Assembly: GCA_000934665.2 (NCBI GenBank)
Contig: KZ537999.1
Span: forward strand, 1-64,000
Reading direction: 5' to 3'
DNA: 64,000 nucleotides
DNA from: Catajapyx aquilonaris
Lineage: Eukaryota
Each line of letters starts with the position of its first letter. Within the stretch, counting starts at the first letter, position 1. Below the pieces are notes generated by a model. That model saw only the letters and a list, made by a program, of their open reading frames with translations. It searched no databases and was not told the origin of the DNA. Made by a program: the position numbers and the translations under genes. Below, piece by piece: positions 49,219 through 62,189 of this stretch.

Positions 49219-52200
49219 TACATCTACATTTTGATCAATGTTCGCAAATATGGGTTGGTTAATCTGATCAGATAAATCCGCCTTAAATCCGGTGCCGATT
49301 CAGGCCAAACCAGCTTACACCCGAATAATGTCATTATTAATCCGGTTGTACACAATAAGTTGATTTCCCGAGAGAGAGAGAGAGAGGGGTGGGCGGAAAT
49401 CCCTGGTTTTAAATCCGATTCCGGTGTGTATCCGGTTTTTGAATGAATCTGTTCCGCGCGATTGGGGGAAAAAAAGGGTTAAGTTAGTTGCGTCCACCAC
49501 TTCAGAGAAGATTTCTCTGGACGTGCAATTAGTGGTATGCCTCTATTTGCGGTCATCTCAATTGTGGTTGTGAACTGGAGGATAAAACTATAGTGGTACA
49601 CCCCTTCCCATATTGCATTGTTTGCTGCGAGTTTATGCCATTATCCAGGGTGGTGAATTGTCCAAGCACATGCTAAATGTTTGTGAAGTGGGAAGTCACG
49701 GGTTGTTTGTTCCAGCAACCAGTTTAGAGAAGAATGATTGTTGACAAAATAATGTGCATTTATTGGTGTAATTACCATTTTTTTCTCTCTCAACCAAGAG
49801 GGCCGATAGCTGCGTCATCACGACCCATTCACAAAAACAACCAACGCAATTACACCTGGCTGTGACGCACGTTTCAAATTTAGTTGAAAACGACCTTGTG
49901 ACCTTTCAATGTTTCACGCACCTAAAATTGCCCAACCAAAAATACTGGCCGATCTATGTATATTCATATAGCTTAGTGACGTGGGTAGCAGGTAACTACC
50001 GGTCTATGAAAACAAAGCGGGGGATAGACTCGGCCCGGTTCTATGTGTACTATCACTATTTATAGTTGTCCGCGGCTAAGATTGGGATTTTGAATAACAC
50101 TGGTTGAACACGCCAGGTCGTTGTATATGACCTTACAGCAGGCAATGCATGACGCGCGACCACAGGTTGGGGGAGTAAATAGACGCAAGCAACATTGGAA
50201 ATAGAAATAGACAACAACTGTTTCGCCAATCATATGGGAGACCTCAATATTGCAAAAAGGGATTGGAAAATTTTCTGCGTGCCAAAATAGGACTGATCGA
50301 TCCCCCGGAACAAAATCTGCGACACACTTCGTACTCTTGGCCTTACCCCTGCAGAATAACAATGCTCTGTGCAGGTACTGTACAGGTCTATTAGTTGACG
50401 ACCCTATTACTTAAATGCGATGTTGCGCCCATCAACATTAAATCAGCGAAATTAGGACACAACTGTTCAACTTTTAAAGGGAGCAATTAGGGGTCATCCC
50501 CCCACATTATTGCTTCAGATTGCTTAGCTCATTGGCTAATAATTAAAACCAACACCATATAGTGAGGGAGCGAATCCCTCGTGGCCTCGTGGAACTTTTC
50601 CTACTTGTTTTGATATAAAAGGATGATATCGATACAAGTTCCATACAAGTATAAGCCTTGCATCAAGGGCACGGACGAGAACCTATTGATCTCTCTTTTC
50701 CCCCTCTTGATATCTGAAACCCACCTTATACAACCCGCGTTCAATTCCAATCAACAGACACATACACACACGCACGCACACAAACTGTTTCATCCTGGGT
50801 GGGAATCAACCGCCGGATCTTGTTACATACACACTGCGCATTTGCAGGATATTGAACGATTTTCTGGCGTTTTATTGCAGCAAGTGTACAGCACGGAGGG
50901 ATGAATACCTCCCAGGATATTGATACTTGACATGTGTCAATCTGTTTGAGTCGACAAAGTTGACGCTTCGAGACAAGATGAAAGTTCCCCTTTGTGGTTT
51001 TTCCCATCCTGCATCCCTCCAACCTTTGAAAGAGTCTCGCCTCAGAAGTGGATGTCTGTCACGACTCGATAAGGAAAATAGAGGGATGGAAAATCCGGAG
51101 TGGGTTAAGGCATCACATACTTTTTGGTCCCGGATAGTACAAGGTTGCTAAACAGGACACGTCGCGTCCGGACAAATTATGAGGCTTGATTTGATCAAAC
51201 CCCCATGCCCCCTCGTATTGATGACATCCAATCGCATTAACCGGGACTTTTTTTTAGCCCACCCCCCCACCCATACCAACTATATCAACTGTTTTGCGTC
51301 TGTGTAAACATCAGCCGGTGCTAATTCAAACGGACGGGGACACACGCATGAAATAAGTTGTCAAAGCGAAATAGCTACAGCGGGAGGAATCAAAGTCAAC
51401 CGTAAAACCACGTCGCCATCAACAGGAAAAACCTCAAATTGAAAACGGACCCCCACGAAAAATTGGCGCCCAATTTCACATTTACCCCCCTCTTGCAAAA
51501 AAAAATGCGCCGATTGGCAAAAAAAAAATACTGCAGGATACGCAATCAGTGCGTCTCGAAATTTATCAGAAACGATGAATATTAGACGCATTTTTCATTC
51601 CTGGTCTAATATCGTTGGGAAGAAATTTTTCGGGACATGTCAAGGCTGGAGGCGAGCTAATATTTTAAGAGGAAGGGGAGAGCATGCTATGAAAAAAAAA
51701 AATTGCGTACACAAAGTTTGGGCGCCTGCATTGCCAATATGTTTCAAACTTTGCATAAAATATGGGACGGACAGGAATACAGATCGGGCCCAAAAATTTG
51801 ATCATGACACGTCACTTCGAATTACGCTACCAATAACTTTGGTGACAAGTAGATTAGAACATTGGCTACAAAAAAGTATGTATATTTATTTAAATTTTTA
51901 ATTTTGCAAAATGTCATGCAATGCTGCGAAATTTTATGCGATTGATAAATCATTTAAATGTTCACTAGCCCGTGATGTTGCACAAAATTTATAAATAATA
52001 ACAACATTAATTATGCATTTCTTCCTCATGTTCATGTCTCGTATTGTTTATTATTTATCAGTGACACATATTAGATGGACCTATATACTGTACAGTATGA
52101 ATAAAGCATTACATTATTTTTAAATTGGTTAGAAATAGGCCATTCACTGGATTGAGAGGTTAATAACTTTTACAATCCTAAGTTCACTCGAGAGAAAAAG

Positions 52201-53972
52201 CCTGATTTGAACCCTCTTAAAGAGCTCTATCTTGACGACTCAGCTTAATAGACCTATTTGTCTAATTAGTGACGCAATATCCTTTTGGTAACTGGGTTCA
52301 AACAAAGTGAATTCTCCACGACATTATCAGACCTCCCCAGATCATGATAATCTTTCTTTACCACCTTTTTAATGCGGATGTTGAAAATGTGGAAAAATCA
52401 CTTCTCCATACCTAAATAGTTGGTCTAACGGCCGATTGCGTTTTTAAAAATATATAAAATAATGCTGATTATGCGTTGATACAACTCGAGACAAATCCTG
52501 GTCATATCCTGCGCATCTGAAGTTGGTAATCCGTCTGTGCCAGTGGAAACATCTTTCGCTAATATCCGCAGCATTCCCTTGGCGACATTTCCCTAATCCT
52601 CCAAAACCTTCCCGTAATATTTTTTGGGCCAAGTGAGAAAATTCCCCTACTAATGACAGCAGATTGGATGACTGGCCGGAAAATATTTTAATGAGAAAAC
52701 CTCTCTCCCTTCCCTCCTCTTGGTTTGTAGTCATTCCGCAGCCTTTAGAATGAGATTGCTCACCGGTTTTAATCAATGGTAATCCCGCGGTTCCATCTCG
52801 TTTGGATTTTCGCTCCCGGATTTTGCCACCCCTCCCCCCTCCCCAGATGCCTGGATATTATCCGGCCGTAATGAAAACTAATATTTTATATAACTGATAT
52901 TGTTTCCCTCGAGGGGTGTTGTAAAAGCTGTGCATTTACAAATCCGGGGGTATGGCTGAAGGGGGACAGTCGCCAGGATAATCCGGGTCATAGGTAGGCG
53001 CACTCTGAGTTAATTATTCAGCAGTTGCCTCCGGGTGTGATTTCCAAAGTTGGAAGAGCACGTCACCCGGAGTGATAAGCTGCTACGTACAGTAACGTTT
53101 GCGCAGTCGAGGGTAAGCCCCGCTGTGCTTCGGGGTTACAATACAGACAGACAGAAGGAAAGAGAGGTCATGAGGAGGGGGGGGGGGGNGGGGGGAGTGC
53201 GAAAACTCGAGAGGGCGAAAATAGTTTGTTGTTGCGTGCGCAGAATCTAATTGGCTCGTTGGCTTCGATGTGATTGCCATCTGCAGCACCTGTAATTAGA
53301 CCTTCTGCACACCCGACTCTTCCCACTGTAATTGGATGCGACTGAATCACAGGTGTGCTCTAGATTCCATTCGAATCCAAGAAGCAGGTACCATATCTCT
53401 CACATAGATGCCGGACAGAGGCACATACTATTTTGTAGACCCCCAAAAAATCTGGGCCAAATTGCGTCACTTCTGTTTCCGAGCTGTAGCACGCCAAACG
53501 TCATGCAAGACGCGGTGTTTGTCCCAGTAAATCCGATAGTTTTCCATACAGAGGCTGTCATACCATGGCTCCCCTCGTCCATCGGATCCCCGCTGGGAAA
53601 TCAGAGCCCGTATTTCCACATTATCCAACGTTACTATGCAAGAGCACTGGACAAGTCTCCGCCCCACACCGTCCCCCCTATACCAATGCTAACTCTTTCT
53701 TCCACGTGTCACACTCATCATAATTACCGCCCGGCCTATCCATATTCATATTGCTACGCCCCTCTACCCCTGGCCCGCAACCATATATACCGAGGTGTTA
53801 ATACGACTCTCCCGGAAGCCCCCCCTCTTTAGCCTCAGGGTTAATTACACGCCGGATTTTCACCCGGAACAAGGTGCTGGGGCAACCGGAGTCCTGGTCT
53901 TAAAAAGAGTGGTGATAAAATTGCGAGTCTCTTTATGACGTCATTAGGAGCCATCTTAAGGGGCGATGATTT

Positions 53973-53989
53973 GTGCTGCCATCTGTCGG
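53973..53989 (-). promoter_or_regulatory. CTCF-like motif
   Basis: Reverse strand reads CCGACAGATGGCAGCAC. Confidence 0.5.
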
Positions 53990-55995
53990 CATCAGGTTCT
54001 AATCAAGATCATCACTGATGTGCTCATTTTTTAGAGAGAGAGAAAAAAATGCGATGCTTCCCCGGAGGAATTCTGTCTGTTATAATGATCATTATGCTTT
54101 CATCCTGATGCACCAAAAATGTAGACGCATGGAAGCTGCATACATCATTCAATGTAACCTGATGGCAGTTACGGGTAAATGCACTCAAACGTTTCAACTC
54201 CCATTATCTAGCTTTTTTTTTGTTTGAAAAAGTTAATTAAGCGCATATCCAATGGCGGCGTTAAAATACGGAGCAACGTTTTGGATATGTAGGTCATATT
54301 ATAATACATTTTTTGGGATGTGATGAGTACTCTCAGAGTTAATAATTAACTTGTTTTTTTGCACGGGTAATTTCCATTTTCACCGAGCACAAATGGCGAA
54401 CTGGGCGTATTAAATATTTATGCTTGAACGTAGAGCTGGGAAGGCTTTTGGATTTTTATCCACCCAAATGGTGTCCAGGTGATATCATGCGGAGTGAAAA
54501 TTGAGCCGTTACTAACTGAAAGGGGGGGTAGTTTTAAGTCGAAAAAGAAAATGGCTATTTTTTTTTGTAACGCTGCAGCTGACACTTGACAGGACTCAAT
54601 TTTTTTTATTGAAATAATTTCTTCGACAAGATGGCGTCCTTTACTCCAGCGCCAACTGGTGAGACGCTTCAGAAATTCCTGCCCCCCCACATGGCCTTAT
54701 TATTTGTCATGTTCCCTGCCACTGATGACCTCACAAGCCCATACATCACAGGGTCAGAACGGAAGGGCCCGATTTGCCACACTTTGCCATTCGGGAATGA
54801 CACCCTCCGCCCCCCTGTCGGAGAATTATTTCCAGCCCTGAATATTCATGGATGGCGGTGGTCGAAGGGAGGGCAACAACCAAAACGCGACAATGACTTC
54901 ACAAAATGCCCGGGAAGGAAAAGAAGTCCTCTCGAATGAGATTCGAACCTTTCCCTTGTTCTGATTAGACACGCTTCCAAGTATAAGCGTCATGTCAGCG
55001 AATCTTTTATTCTTCGGGACTCGGGGCCTCAGCGGATCAGAAGGGGAAAAAAAGGATTGTTTTCGTCGTCTGGGGTCGATTCGTGTGGATCCGGGTGTAG
55101 CGGGAAAAGGTCGCAGGTCATGTCAGTGTCATCGTGTCAACAATGCGTGACTGACAACTGCTACTGCTCGAGGGGAAAAGCTACGCGTATGAAAGAGTTT
55201 GAGGACAGGTTGAAGGTTGTGATCAAAGGATTGCTGATGGCAGCAACAATGCCTGGTTTCTCCAACTTCTTGGCACGGATGTAAGATATTATATAGTTAC
55301 GAAATACATATTTTATAAACATAAGTAGGATAAATGCACGTGTAAGCATTTAAATATAATTATGCTACACATATTGAATATTGATTCAAAAGCAGCTCAT
55401 ATGTACTTTGTATCAGGGCAGTTAAAATGTGTATGAATAATATTACATAAAAATACCATTAAATATGTAGTAACAAGTCTACGAATATAAGCCACCATCA
55501 CCAAGTACAAGACTAGAATATTCCATCAAATAATCTGAAATGGTGAAAACGAGCTTTGAAAACAAGTGGCTCGAACTTTCCGGGCGAGATTGCCACAAGA
55601 TGCATAAACGACTTCATTTCTGCGCGCCAATTGGACAGTTTCATAGATGTGGAGGGGGTGGATGAGGTTTGGAGGGGGGGTGAAACTACAGTATAAAAAA
55701 ATTGAGCGCTTTTATATGGCTGCAGAGTCACGTTTTGCAGGGGTGTACCGCCCGCTTTGACGGCGCTCATTACCAAAGTCAACACGACTTTTTGGCTTCA
55801 TTTCCCGGCGACTATCAGTATAGGAATTGACACCTGATGCGACCAGGAGCAAAAAGATGCGACCATTCGAGACGCACTAAAAAAAGTGTGAGGTGTAACG
55901 AGCCCTCGTTAATTTTTTGGGGATGTTGGGTCTTCAGTGATAATGCGACCACATCATGATATAGGTCCGGGAGAAAAGGCCCACTCAAAAAAAAA

Positions 55996-56145
55996 ATCTT
56001 CAACTCTAGTTACATTACTTCTATGGCCTAATTAGACTACAAGTTTAAATTTGCATAGTACTGACATTATATACTGTACATACTATGAAAATATATACTT
56101 GTAGTTTAATCAGGCCATAGAAGTAATGTAACTCGAGTTGAAGAT
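55996..56145. repeat. Long inverted repeat / foldback (65-bp arms, 20-bp spacer), MITE-like
   Basis: ATCTTCAACTCTAGTTACATTACTTCTATGGCC... (55996-56060) is the near reverse complement of ...GGCCATAGAAGTAATGTAACTCGAGTTGAAGAT (56081-56145). Confidence 0.9.
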
Positions 56146-56154
56146 GTTTGAAGA

Positions 56155-56273
56155 AGTCCCTTAATGGAATTTTGCTAATGAATTAAAAAATTTATTGTTT
56201 CATATTGTACTGAGTCAGTACATTATGAAACAACAAAAATTTTAATTCATTAGCAAAATGCCATTGAGGGACT
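56155..56273. repeat. Near-perfect palindrome (59-bp arms, 1-nt centre)
   Basis: AGTCCCTTAATGGAATTTTGCTAATGAATTAAAA...GTACTGA-G-TCAGTAC...TTTTAATTCATTAGCAAAATGCCATTGAGGGACT, centred on 56214. Confidence 0.9.
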
Positions 56274-56338
56274 CGCATCGAGCACTAATTTTAAATTCAA
56301 TTTCACAATTTTGCTGATCAAATAATGCAATTAGAATC

Positions 56339-56687
56339 GGGGAGACGGAGTGGCGCCGCGGTAACGCGCGCGCCCACGGAAGTTAAGGTCCCGGGTTCAA
56401 TCCCCACCCGGGGTTCCCACCTTCTTTCGTGCAGAGTTGGGCCATCTCTGGCTTCGTTTCGGGTGGCAATTTCCGGCAGACTAAGCCACCCGGGGGAGTT
56501 CACAAAAAGACGATTAGAGACATTGCACTTGCACTTTGCACATCCCCTCCCACCCACCCTTGGAGCATACTAATTAAGATTCTTCTTAAACTCGCTCCAA
56601 AACACATTCCAAAGGTGGCAACCCACCCCCCCTAAGGAGTAGTATAACTCCCCCCGTGGGGTAATGAAAAAAAAAAAAAATAAAAAA
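56339..56687 (+). mobile_element. tRNA-derived SINE, full length, with poly(A) tail
   Basis: Head with A box TGGCGCCGCGG and B box GGTTCAATCCC; A-rich tail from 56667; flanked by a perfect 19-bp direct repeat AAATAATGCAATTAGAATC (56320-56338 and 56688-56706). Confidence 0.92.
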
Positions 56688-59620
56688 AAATAATGCAATT
56701 AGAATCAAGCTTCATCCAGCTCAATTTACCCTAACTCCGAGGCAACACTACATAAACTATTTTTATCTCCACCAACCCTCCCCCTGCGGTCTAGTTTGCA
56801 GTTGAGATTCGGAGGCCCTAGATGGCGCGCAACAGGCGTTTTAGTAATCAGCAGTTGAGCCAGATATCGCGCGATATCCGGCCGTTTTCCCCAGCTAGGC
56901 GGGGACTGACCATATCTACTGCCCATCCGCACCCAAATAGAGCATATCGTAAATCCCACAAAAGAAAAGGACAAAAAAATCGGTGGGGAGTGGGGACGAA
57001 GAAAGCAGTGGGTCGATAAAGCCAACTTCGAAAAAGGTTTTGTCTGATCTTTTGTCCAGACACCAATTCTTTTAAAACATCTCATAAAAATGAGGTATAG
57101 AAATCAGAATCAAGTTGATTCCCAGCCTTGTACAATGAATCAGGATGATTTAAAGTCGGACTTAAGTGACTCAACTAAGATAGGGCAAAAGAGTCCCCAT
57201 TGAATTAACCCGCTGGCCTTAACGTGATCCGAGCATATCAATAACCCGACTAACGTGTTCCCCGACCTGACAGCTACGCACCTGAGATAGACCTCCCAGT
57301 TATAGACTCCCTCCCCAAAAATAGAGGGTTCGATTAGGGTAATGCAACGCATGTGACACTATCGCTCAATTACTCTAATGGAATGACCGATCAAGCGATT
57401 CGAGCTGGAGTCCCCCACATCTTCATCAGCGATCGGGCCTTGATAAGTCCTGCTTAGGCTTTAGGTAAGGGTCTGCCTCGCAAATATATATTACCTGCGC
57501 TTGCAGGGTATTGATTTTTAACAAACTCTCCCCCCTTTGTACCCCCCGTGGTCCTTATGCGATCCCCCGCCACAACCGGTACACTGTCAATTCCGATACC
57601 AAAGTGACTCGCTTTAATGAAGCTTTATCCAGCACGCAACTGGGTACTACAAAACAGTAGTACATCAAATTTTGTACCTGGAAATAATATTCATGCAACA
57701 TTGCGGCCATGTTTTAATTCCTCGGCTGCAGTTGCGGTCGTAAATAAACTTACGGTTCCCCCAACCGATTCATAAAGCTGGTCCCCGCACCCTCTCAGCA
57801 GAGTTCACCTTTGGAAGCCCCCAAACAAGGTGGGGAGGAGAGAAAAAGGCGTCGGAAGACATGAAAGAAAACACACCCGTCGCCTCCTAACCACCCCATC
57901 GTCTTTTAATGGCGGCCGAGGGAAAATGACACACGAAATCCGACTCTTCCTTCTACGAGTTCGGAATTACGAGCATCCTATTGCCCTCAGTCTCTCCCCA
58001 GCCATCCTTCTCTCTCTCTACCTTCTACCATCTTAACCCCAGCAATTGGATTACTCAGGGTGCTCCAATAAGGGACGTCCAAAATGTCAGACGAAGGAAG
58101 CGTGTGGCATCAAATAGGGTTAAATGATTAGCTGTTCCACACATCATGTACAGATCATATCCAAATGCGGGTTCTTCCAGTGACATCTGATCTGGTGTAG
58201 TGTCCCCGCCAAATTGAAAATATAATCAGGAGCTGTGCTGTGCCATGCCTCACCCTCGAAGCTGCTTCGTAGTCTGTCTGTCTGGTGGGCTCCTTATTTA
58301 TCACTGGGCTGATGCAGCTGGGGGAAAGCAATCAATGTCGGAGGGAATTAACGCCTAAGGATTTCCCACCCATTTCGCCTGTCTTCGTGCACAGACTTTG
58401 CCATTCTTACGCAGGCGAGGGAGGGAGACAAACAGCTGGCCCCCCCAAACCGACTTCCGTCCAAAAATCCCTTCACACAACCTACTACACGTCACTCACA
58501 TGCGTTTTCGGGGAACTTGGACGGAAATGAGCTTCCAAAAATCCGTAATTCATTATGGCGCCGGTAGCTGCTGAGGGGAGATCAACCCACGAAGGAGGTA
58601 ATCTTGGCGTGAATTTCTCGGGTGGTGACTTTCCCTTTCCAGTCTTTCGACACACGACTCCGACCTTTTTACCCTGGGAGAAGAGACTGATCCATCACTT
58701 GTTGGGTTTCGGCTCGGAAAAGTCCTCTTATGGGCCTCATTTGGTTGGGTCGTAATGAAGTCGCGGCAGACACGCCCGAGGGTGCTTCCGAGCCCCATTC
58801 ATAACCGGCTCCTGCAGATGGCCACACACCGCAGCCTCTCTTCTTTCTTTTTTCCCCTCTCGAAACGAGCCTCTGAAATCCCTCCACTTCCTGAAGATTA
58901 CTTACTTCCACTCTAGAAAGGCATAACAACTACTGAGAGGGGTGGTCAGCACTGCCAAAAGGTCAATCGTTTGCAGCTGACGGCTCAGGATCCTTGTCCT
59001 CTTAAACCGAATGGGGGACAACTCAAGAGGGAAAAGTTGTTGTTTACTCCAGGAACTAACGAGTAAGTCCAAGAAAAGAAATCATTTGGAAGCAACAATA
59101 TTAGTGCTGTCAGAATGTATCACAAATCGACATTGCATAAATACCGAGCAATATGTTGACAGATACATTTTTGTATATTTTTAGTACGAAATAATTTAGC
59201 ATTAAAATATGCTGCAAATTACGTGTATCGCCAACCGATAATTGTAAATGAGCTACAGCAAATCGATTTGCGGATTTTGGACAGTACCCGGTACTGGTTT
59301 TAAAGGCCGGTTATGAACCTCTCGTCTACATTTGAAACGACCTCCTGAGAGCGGGAACATAAAGTTCAACCCTATTGTCGCGCGGTTACACCTATTCTTA
59401 CGACCCTGACGCTGCCAGGCCCTCCACGACTTACAAGTGTAAAAAAAAACCTGCTTTCAAATAAAGAGACTCAGCTCGGAAATGGGGAAAGACTAAATTC
59501 CTGATTCCTTCAGCTGAGAAAACGGTCGTAAACGTCATTGCTCGGGAAGGAACGGGTTGGAAAGCCTCATTTTCTCCGGATTTTAAAGCGGATCAACGTA
59601 TCGGGTCTTTAACAAGAAAA

Positions 59621-59720
59621 AGTGGCGCCATCTGCACTTTTATTTTATGCACTAACCCACACGAGAAGTAAGTGGCGCCATCTACATTTCTGCATGTGAA
59701 CCTCGTACGCCATCTACCGT
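59621..59720 (-). promoter_or_regulatory. Cluster of three AGATGGCG motifs (CTCF- or YY1/Pho-like)
   Basis: AGTGGCGCCATCT at 59621 and 59671 (identical, 50 bp apart) and CGCCATCT at 59708. Confidence 0.45.
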
Positions 59721-62127
59721 CCGTTTTGTCAAGTGTGCGTATCAGCCTTAGTAATCGCTGATCATAAACATGGCAGGAATCTGCGAGGCGTCAACAGCCG
59801 TCCCTGCAACATTGTATCTGGCACTAAAGTCGAATAGATGAGGCCGAGACCTACTTATGTCGGGATAATCTGTAGCAGCCATTTTCGCTCCACCTTTCCC
59901 TCCCTTCCCTCCCCCATCCGCAAGAACCTAACGACCCATTAAACTTTTAGAGCTCTTCCGAAAGCCTGCGCATGGGAGACTTTTCCGTCCTCCCCGCCAC
60001 ACAGATAATCCTCCATCTCCCTGGCCCCAAAAAAGACTGAGGTCCAGACCCCCAGATGGACTGTTGACAGGCAAGCAAAGTCCCTTCAGGTTTACTGCCG
60101 CAGCATCCCTCCTTTTGTGGGTGGGGTATCCTACAGGAGCAGCATCCTCCCTCCAAGGCTCAGACAAATCAAAAGCACAGGGCTGGTCAGAAATCATGGC
60201 CCCAGGCTTAGGCTCGGGGCCAAAAGTTGCTAACAGGGAAGGTTGGGGATTTCCAAGTTAATGAAGGTCCCACCATCCCTCCTCCACCGCTAAAAGTTGG
60301 GCTCCACTTATATACCAGTCTTCATCATAGCTGAGGGCTTTGTGTAGTGTCCTTTCCTGAATTTCTGATTCGGAGAAAACGGGGGGGAGGGAATATTGGA
60401 GCCCATTTTTTTGACACCCTAGGATGATATTTAGTGAAATCAGAAGCTGCTAGTTGGTGTTTAGTAGTAGTCGTAGTTAAGTAGTGGACCCGCTACTAAA
60501 TGCAAATTAGTCCTGGTAATCCGTCACAGCAATGGTCCTGGCCGGAGGCGTTAAATTAGGCAAGTTTGGTGACAACTCCCGGGTGCACCCGATGCATCAA
60601 CCTGCAGTGACGTCACCTGAACACTCCATCATAGTCACGGGCTGCCGGACCGGGAATTCCCCGGTTATTTTTTTTGGAATTCCTGACACACTATTAACTG
60701 AACAGTGCAAACATCGCGATTGCTATCGGGGGCTTGCCCGCCTCGATAATTATTATGTGATGGGTGTTGACACTGACGAGTCAAGTGTCGTTCTGTGCTC
60801 GTGACACGCACTACTTCCTTTATGCTGCACTGTTGCGGTAGGACCACTCTTTTTTTGGGAGAGTGGGGCGGAGAATAAACTAGGGGAACGTTTTATCGCA
60901 AACAATCCATCTCTTTAAAATAAAAATGCCAGGTTGGCTCGCCAGCCCAGGCACGTAAGGCTCGTTTGGCAAATAAATGTTCCGGATAAAAATTTATATC
61001 CGTGCAGGTGTTGCACAGTACAGGGTGCATCAAATCGTACAGCATATTTACACAAACCGTTATCTGCAATTTCTATTTAAGAGCTTTGAAAAGCTTTCTT
61101 AACGCTCAACCACGAATTAAGCGATTCAAATTAATTAACCCCTGCCTGAGTCGCAACGACATTTAAACAAACGCACAGTCAGCACCCTATTACCCCCCTG
61201 AATTCACGAGAGTGCTGAGTGAACAGCCCAACTGAATTATGATCCTGAAACATGCGTATTCTCACCCACAAATCTGAAAGTCAGGAAAGCGTCTATACGG
61301 TTGGAAATAAGAGCAAAAAAAAAGGTTCTCACCAACTGTGGCCTTAGACTTCTCGAGCTTCTGAATCTCAATGCAAGAGGTTCAGGCGTGGCCAATTCCT
61401 CTGCCGAAACAACAACAACGACAACAGCTGGCCAAAAAACGTGCGAGGTGGAGATGATGAATTGGCGGGACAGGCGGGCGGCCACCAGGCGCCTCCAGCT
61501 CATCTCTCTTCATCCTTTACGCTTCATACAACTGAAACAAACATGTCGCCGCCGGGAGACGACGACCTCCCCGAAGAGATGCGGTGAATTCCTATTCATG
61601 ACAGCCTCCGGGAGACACACAAAACCGTGGAATTTACCTTCGGGGCTCTCTCCAGGACTAATGCGGGACGTTCCGGATTTTTATGCGAAATTGGGAGGTT
61701 GGACTAGGCGACAGACTTAGTTCCAACTCTAGGGAGGTGCTCACATAATAGTGGGACACCTTGTCTCTACGAATTAACTATTCCTTGGGGAAACTCATAT
61801 TCCCGAGAATTTAATCTTACCATTGCAACGACTAATGACAAATAACACGTGCACATATTCTGATATTACTGTAATATCTCTCCATATATCAGGCCCAAGG
61901 TTCATCATAATTCCACGAACCATCCGATAAACTTGGGTCTGCTCCACCCTAAGTACAAGTATAATAAAACCAGCATAAAAAAATGAACATGAAGCAAGAA
62001 CATGCCCATCTCCTAAATTAATCCATTTAATTACACACGACGTACCCCGCAACAGCCGTACAGTTGCCAAAGGGCTCCATAATTAACATCTAATCATAAT
62101 CCCTTCCAACCAGGCTTTAATAATACA

Positions 62128-62128
<1 letters not shown>

Positions 62129-62188
<60 letters not shown>
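62129..62188. repeat. (TAA)20 microsatellite
   Basis: Perfect trinucleotide run. Confidence 0.98.

Positions 62189-62189
<1 letters not shown>

Noticed and set aside
54938..54980. Isolated B-box-like GGTTCGAATCT on the minus strand (similar near 52204)
   Set aside because: No A box, cloverleaf, tail or TSD.
55189..55286. Short coding-looking stretch MKEFEDRLKVVIKGLLMAATMPGFSNFLAR followed by a GTAAGA donor-like site
   Set aside because: No recognisable homology or partner exons; cannot be supported without RNA-seq.
35859..57433. 18/20 match between CCCACATGTCCATCAGCGAT (35859) and CCCACATCTTCATCAGCGAT (57414)
   Set aside because: A few matches of this quality are expected by chance in 64 kb, and the flanks do not align.
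61021..61190. Second TA|CAGGGTG MITE (another CAGGGTG start lies near 58056)
   Set aside because: The right terminus is too degenerate and has no matching TA, so boundaries cannot be supported.
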